From positions 32,001 through 96,000 of the forward strand of contig CAVXEP010000032.1 of NCBI GenBank assembly GCA_963760795.1: a stretch of DNA of 64,000 bases. The letters are read 5' to 3'. Position 1 is the first letter of the stretch, and each line of letters opens with the position of its first letter. This DNA comes from an uncultured delta proteobacterium. Its GTDB lineage: Bacteria; Desulfobacterota; Binatia; UBA9968. Positions 62,532 to 64,000 of the stretch are shown here, in pieces. A program made the translations under genes and the position numbers. The notes beneath the pieces are model-generated. The model saw only the letters and a program-made list of their open reading frames with translations, was not told the DNA's origin and ran no database searches.

Positions 62532-62770
62532 GCCAGGAATATTCGTGGTGAAGCAGCGATCGAGGAGAAACCCTTCCGGAGCGAAGGCAAAGCAGCTCTG
62601 CCTTGATGAGGCAAGCGAAGCGATCTGCTGTGATACCACCTGTGAAATGGTCAAATCTCTTGCCAAGCGCCGACCATGACGGTGAAGCATTTGGCGCCTA
62701 TGCCTTGGCTCGACTTTTCAGCTGGGGTTCCAGCTCGATAGACACTCTGTCGATCGCTTGCCTGGGAGCA
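62532..62770. other. Highly self-complementary intergenic region, candidate structured RNA
   Basis: Multiple hairpins plus long-range 9-10 bp inverted pairs; no convincing ORF. Confidence 0.35.
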
Positions 62771-62828
62771 TGAACAATCCAAACCGGCTTTTTCAACCGT
62801 GCCGCAGCTTCTTACCAATCCACAGCGA

Positions 62829-63644
62829 ATGAACAAGATCGGCAAGATCGGTTTAATTGCCGGTAACGGCAAGTTTCCAATGATCTTTGCCGAGGAAGCG
62901 AAGCGTCAGGGTTACTCGGTGGTGGCATTGGCGCACCGGGAGGAGACCGACGCGGCGCTGGAAAAACGCGTCGACGAGTTTACTTGGATCTATGTCGGCC
63001 AACTAGGGAAGATTATCAGGACTTTTCAGAAAGCCGGCGTGACCGAGGCGGTGATGGCCGGCGGCATTCGCAAGGTCAGACTGCTTGGCAACTTTCGCCC
63101 GGATCTGCGCGGCGCGCGGTTTCTCGCCAGGATTAAAAGCCGTGACGACGACGCGCTGTTGCGCGGTATCGCCGACGAACTGGCCAGCGACGGCATAAGG
63201 ATTATCGACTCGACTTTCTGTTTGTCGAGCATCATCCCACAAGAAGGAGTCCTGACCCGCCGGGCGCCCAATGCCGCGCAATGGCAAGACATTGCCATGG
63301 GCGTTCGTTTGGCGAAGGAAATTGGCCGTTTGGGAGTCGGCCAAACGGTCGTGATCAAGAATCAGGTGATCGTCGCGGTGGAAGCTGTGGAAGGCACCGA
63401 CGCGGCGATTCAACGGGGCGGCCTATTGGCCAAGTCCGGCTGTGTCGTGGTCAAGGTCAGCAAGCCGCAACAGGATTTGCGCTTCGACGTTCCGGCCGTC
63501 GGTGTCGAAACGATCAATGCGCTCAGCCAGGTCGGCGGCGCCGTGCTTGCCATTGAGGCGGGTAAGGCGATATTGATCGAGAAGGATGAATTGCTGCGTG
63601 TCGCAGACGCCTCCGGCGTCGCCGTCGTCGCCGTCGCCGCTTGA
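62829..63644 (+). CDS. lpxI: UDP-2,3-diacylglucosamine diphosphatase LpxI
   Basis: GLIAGNG.FP, GQTV, AVEAVEGTD, KPQQDLRFDVP. Confidence 0.93.
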   Translation: MNKIGKIGLIAGNGKFPMIFAEEAKRQGYSVVALAHREETDAALEKRVDEFTWIYVGQLGKIIRTFQKAGVTEAVMAGGIRKVRLLGNFRPDLRGARFLARIKSRDDDALLRGIADELASDGIRIIDSTFCLSSIIPQEGVLTRRAPNAAQWQDIAMGVRLAKEIGRLGVGQTVVIKNQVIVAVEAVEGTDAAIQRGGLLAKSGCVVVKVSKPQQDLRFDVPAVGVETINALSQVGGAVLAIEAGKAILIEKDELLRVADASGVAVVAVAA

Positions 63645-63656
63645 GTAACCCTGAAA

Positions 63657-64000
63657 ATGTCGTTGGAAGTTTTACCAGTAGCGGTGGTCGGCGTCGGTTA
63701 TCTCGGCAAGTTCCACGCCGAAAAGTATGCGTCGTCGGAAAAGGCTGACCTCATCGGCGTGGTCGACATCGACGGCGACCGCGCCCGGGAGATCGGCCAG
63801 TCGGTGGGCGCACCGGCGTTTACCGACTATCATGAGCTGTTCGGCCGGATTCGCTGTGCCAGTATCGCCGTGCCGACGCGCTATCATCATCAAGTCGCCC
63901 GCGATTTTCTCGACGCCGGCATCGATGTGCTGGTGGAAAAACCTTTGACCGCGGATTTGACCGAGGCTCACGAGCTAGTTGCGCTGGCGGCGGCCAAGGG
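63657..64000 (+). CDS. Gfo/Idh/MocA oxidoreductase, GnnA-like (3'-truncated by the window)
   Basis: Translated by hand: VAVVGVGYLGKFHAEKY..IAVPT..H..VLVEKP. Confidence 0.85.
   Translation, partial: MSLEVLPVAVVGVGYLGKFHAEKYASSEKADLIGVVDIDGDRAREIGQSVGAPAFTDYHELFGRIRCASIAVPTRYHHQVARDFLDAGIDVLVEKPLTADLTEAHELVALAAAK

Noticed and set aside
62551-62640. Glycine or c-di-GMP riboswitch, or SRP RNA
   Set aside because: Only scattered words match (GGAGA, GCAAAGC, AAGCAGC); the required spacing and helices are missing.

Overview
Bacterial, GC-rich chromosomal window; the heavy load of NitT/TauT- and TctC-type binding proteins and amidohydrolases suggests Candidatus Binatia or a related deltaproteobacterial lineage (inference only). 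It has three zones. (1) 1-32.4 kb and 37.6-44 kb are accessory catabolic and transport genes: a duplicated hybrid sensor kinase whose H-box His is replaced by Asn, an LLM oxidoreductase, a CoA-dependent cluster (HCHL-like crotonases, two-domain class III CoA-transferase, acyl-CoA dehydrogenase), a Rieske oxygenase, a GMC oxidoreductase, tctCAB and about ten solute-binding proteins. Many different palindromic intergenic repeats are scattered through this zone. (2) About 32.4-37.5 kb is a lower-GC island with no integrase. It carries a Schlafen/AlbA_2 protein, a frameshifted HhH-glycosylase-like gene, a repeat-peptide ORF and an attC-like site. It is punctuated by two diverged ~150-nt elements (11-bp-spaced TGTCC repeats, a hairpin, then a symmetric tRNA anticodon-arm core); this is the most interesting feature. 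(3) 44-64 kb is housekeeping: ptrB, def, an Rrf2-suf operon lacking sufB, truncated globin, metF, lysS, lolCE/D, bamA-skp-lpxD-fabZ-lpxA, a structured ~300-nt gap, lpxI and a gnnA-like gene. Several single-base frameshifts suggest long-read assembly error. All calls come from reading motifs by eye; no database searches were run.
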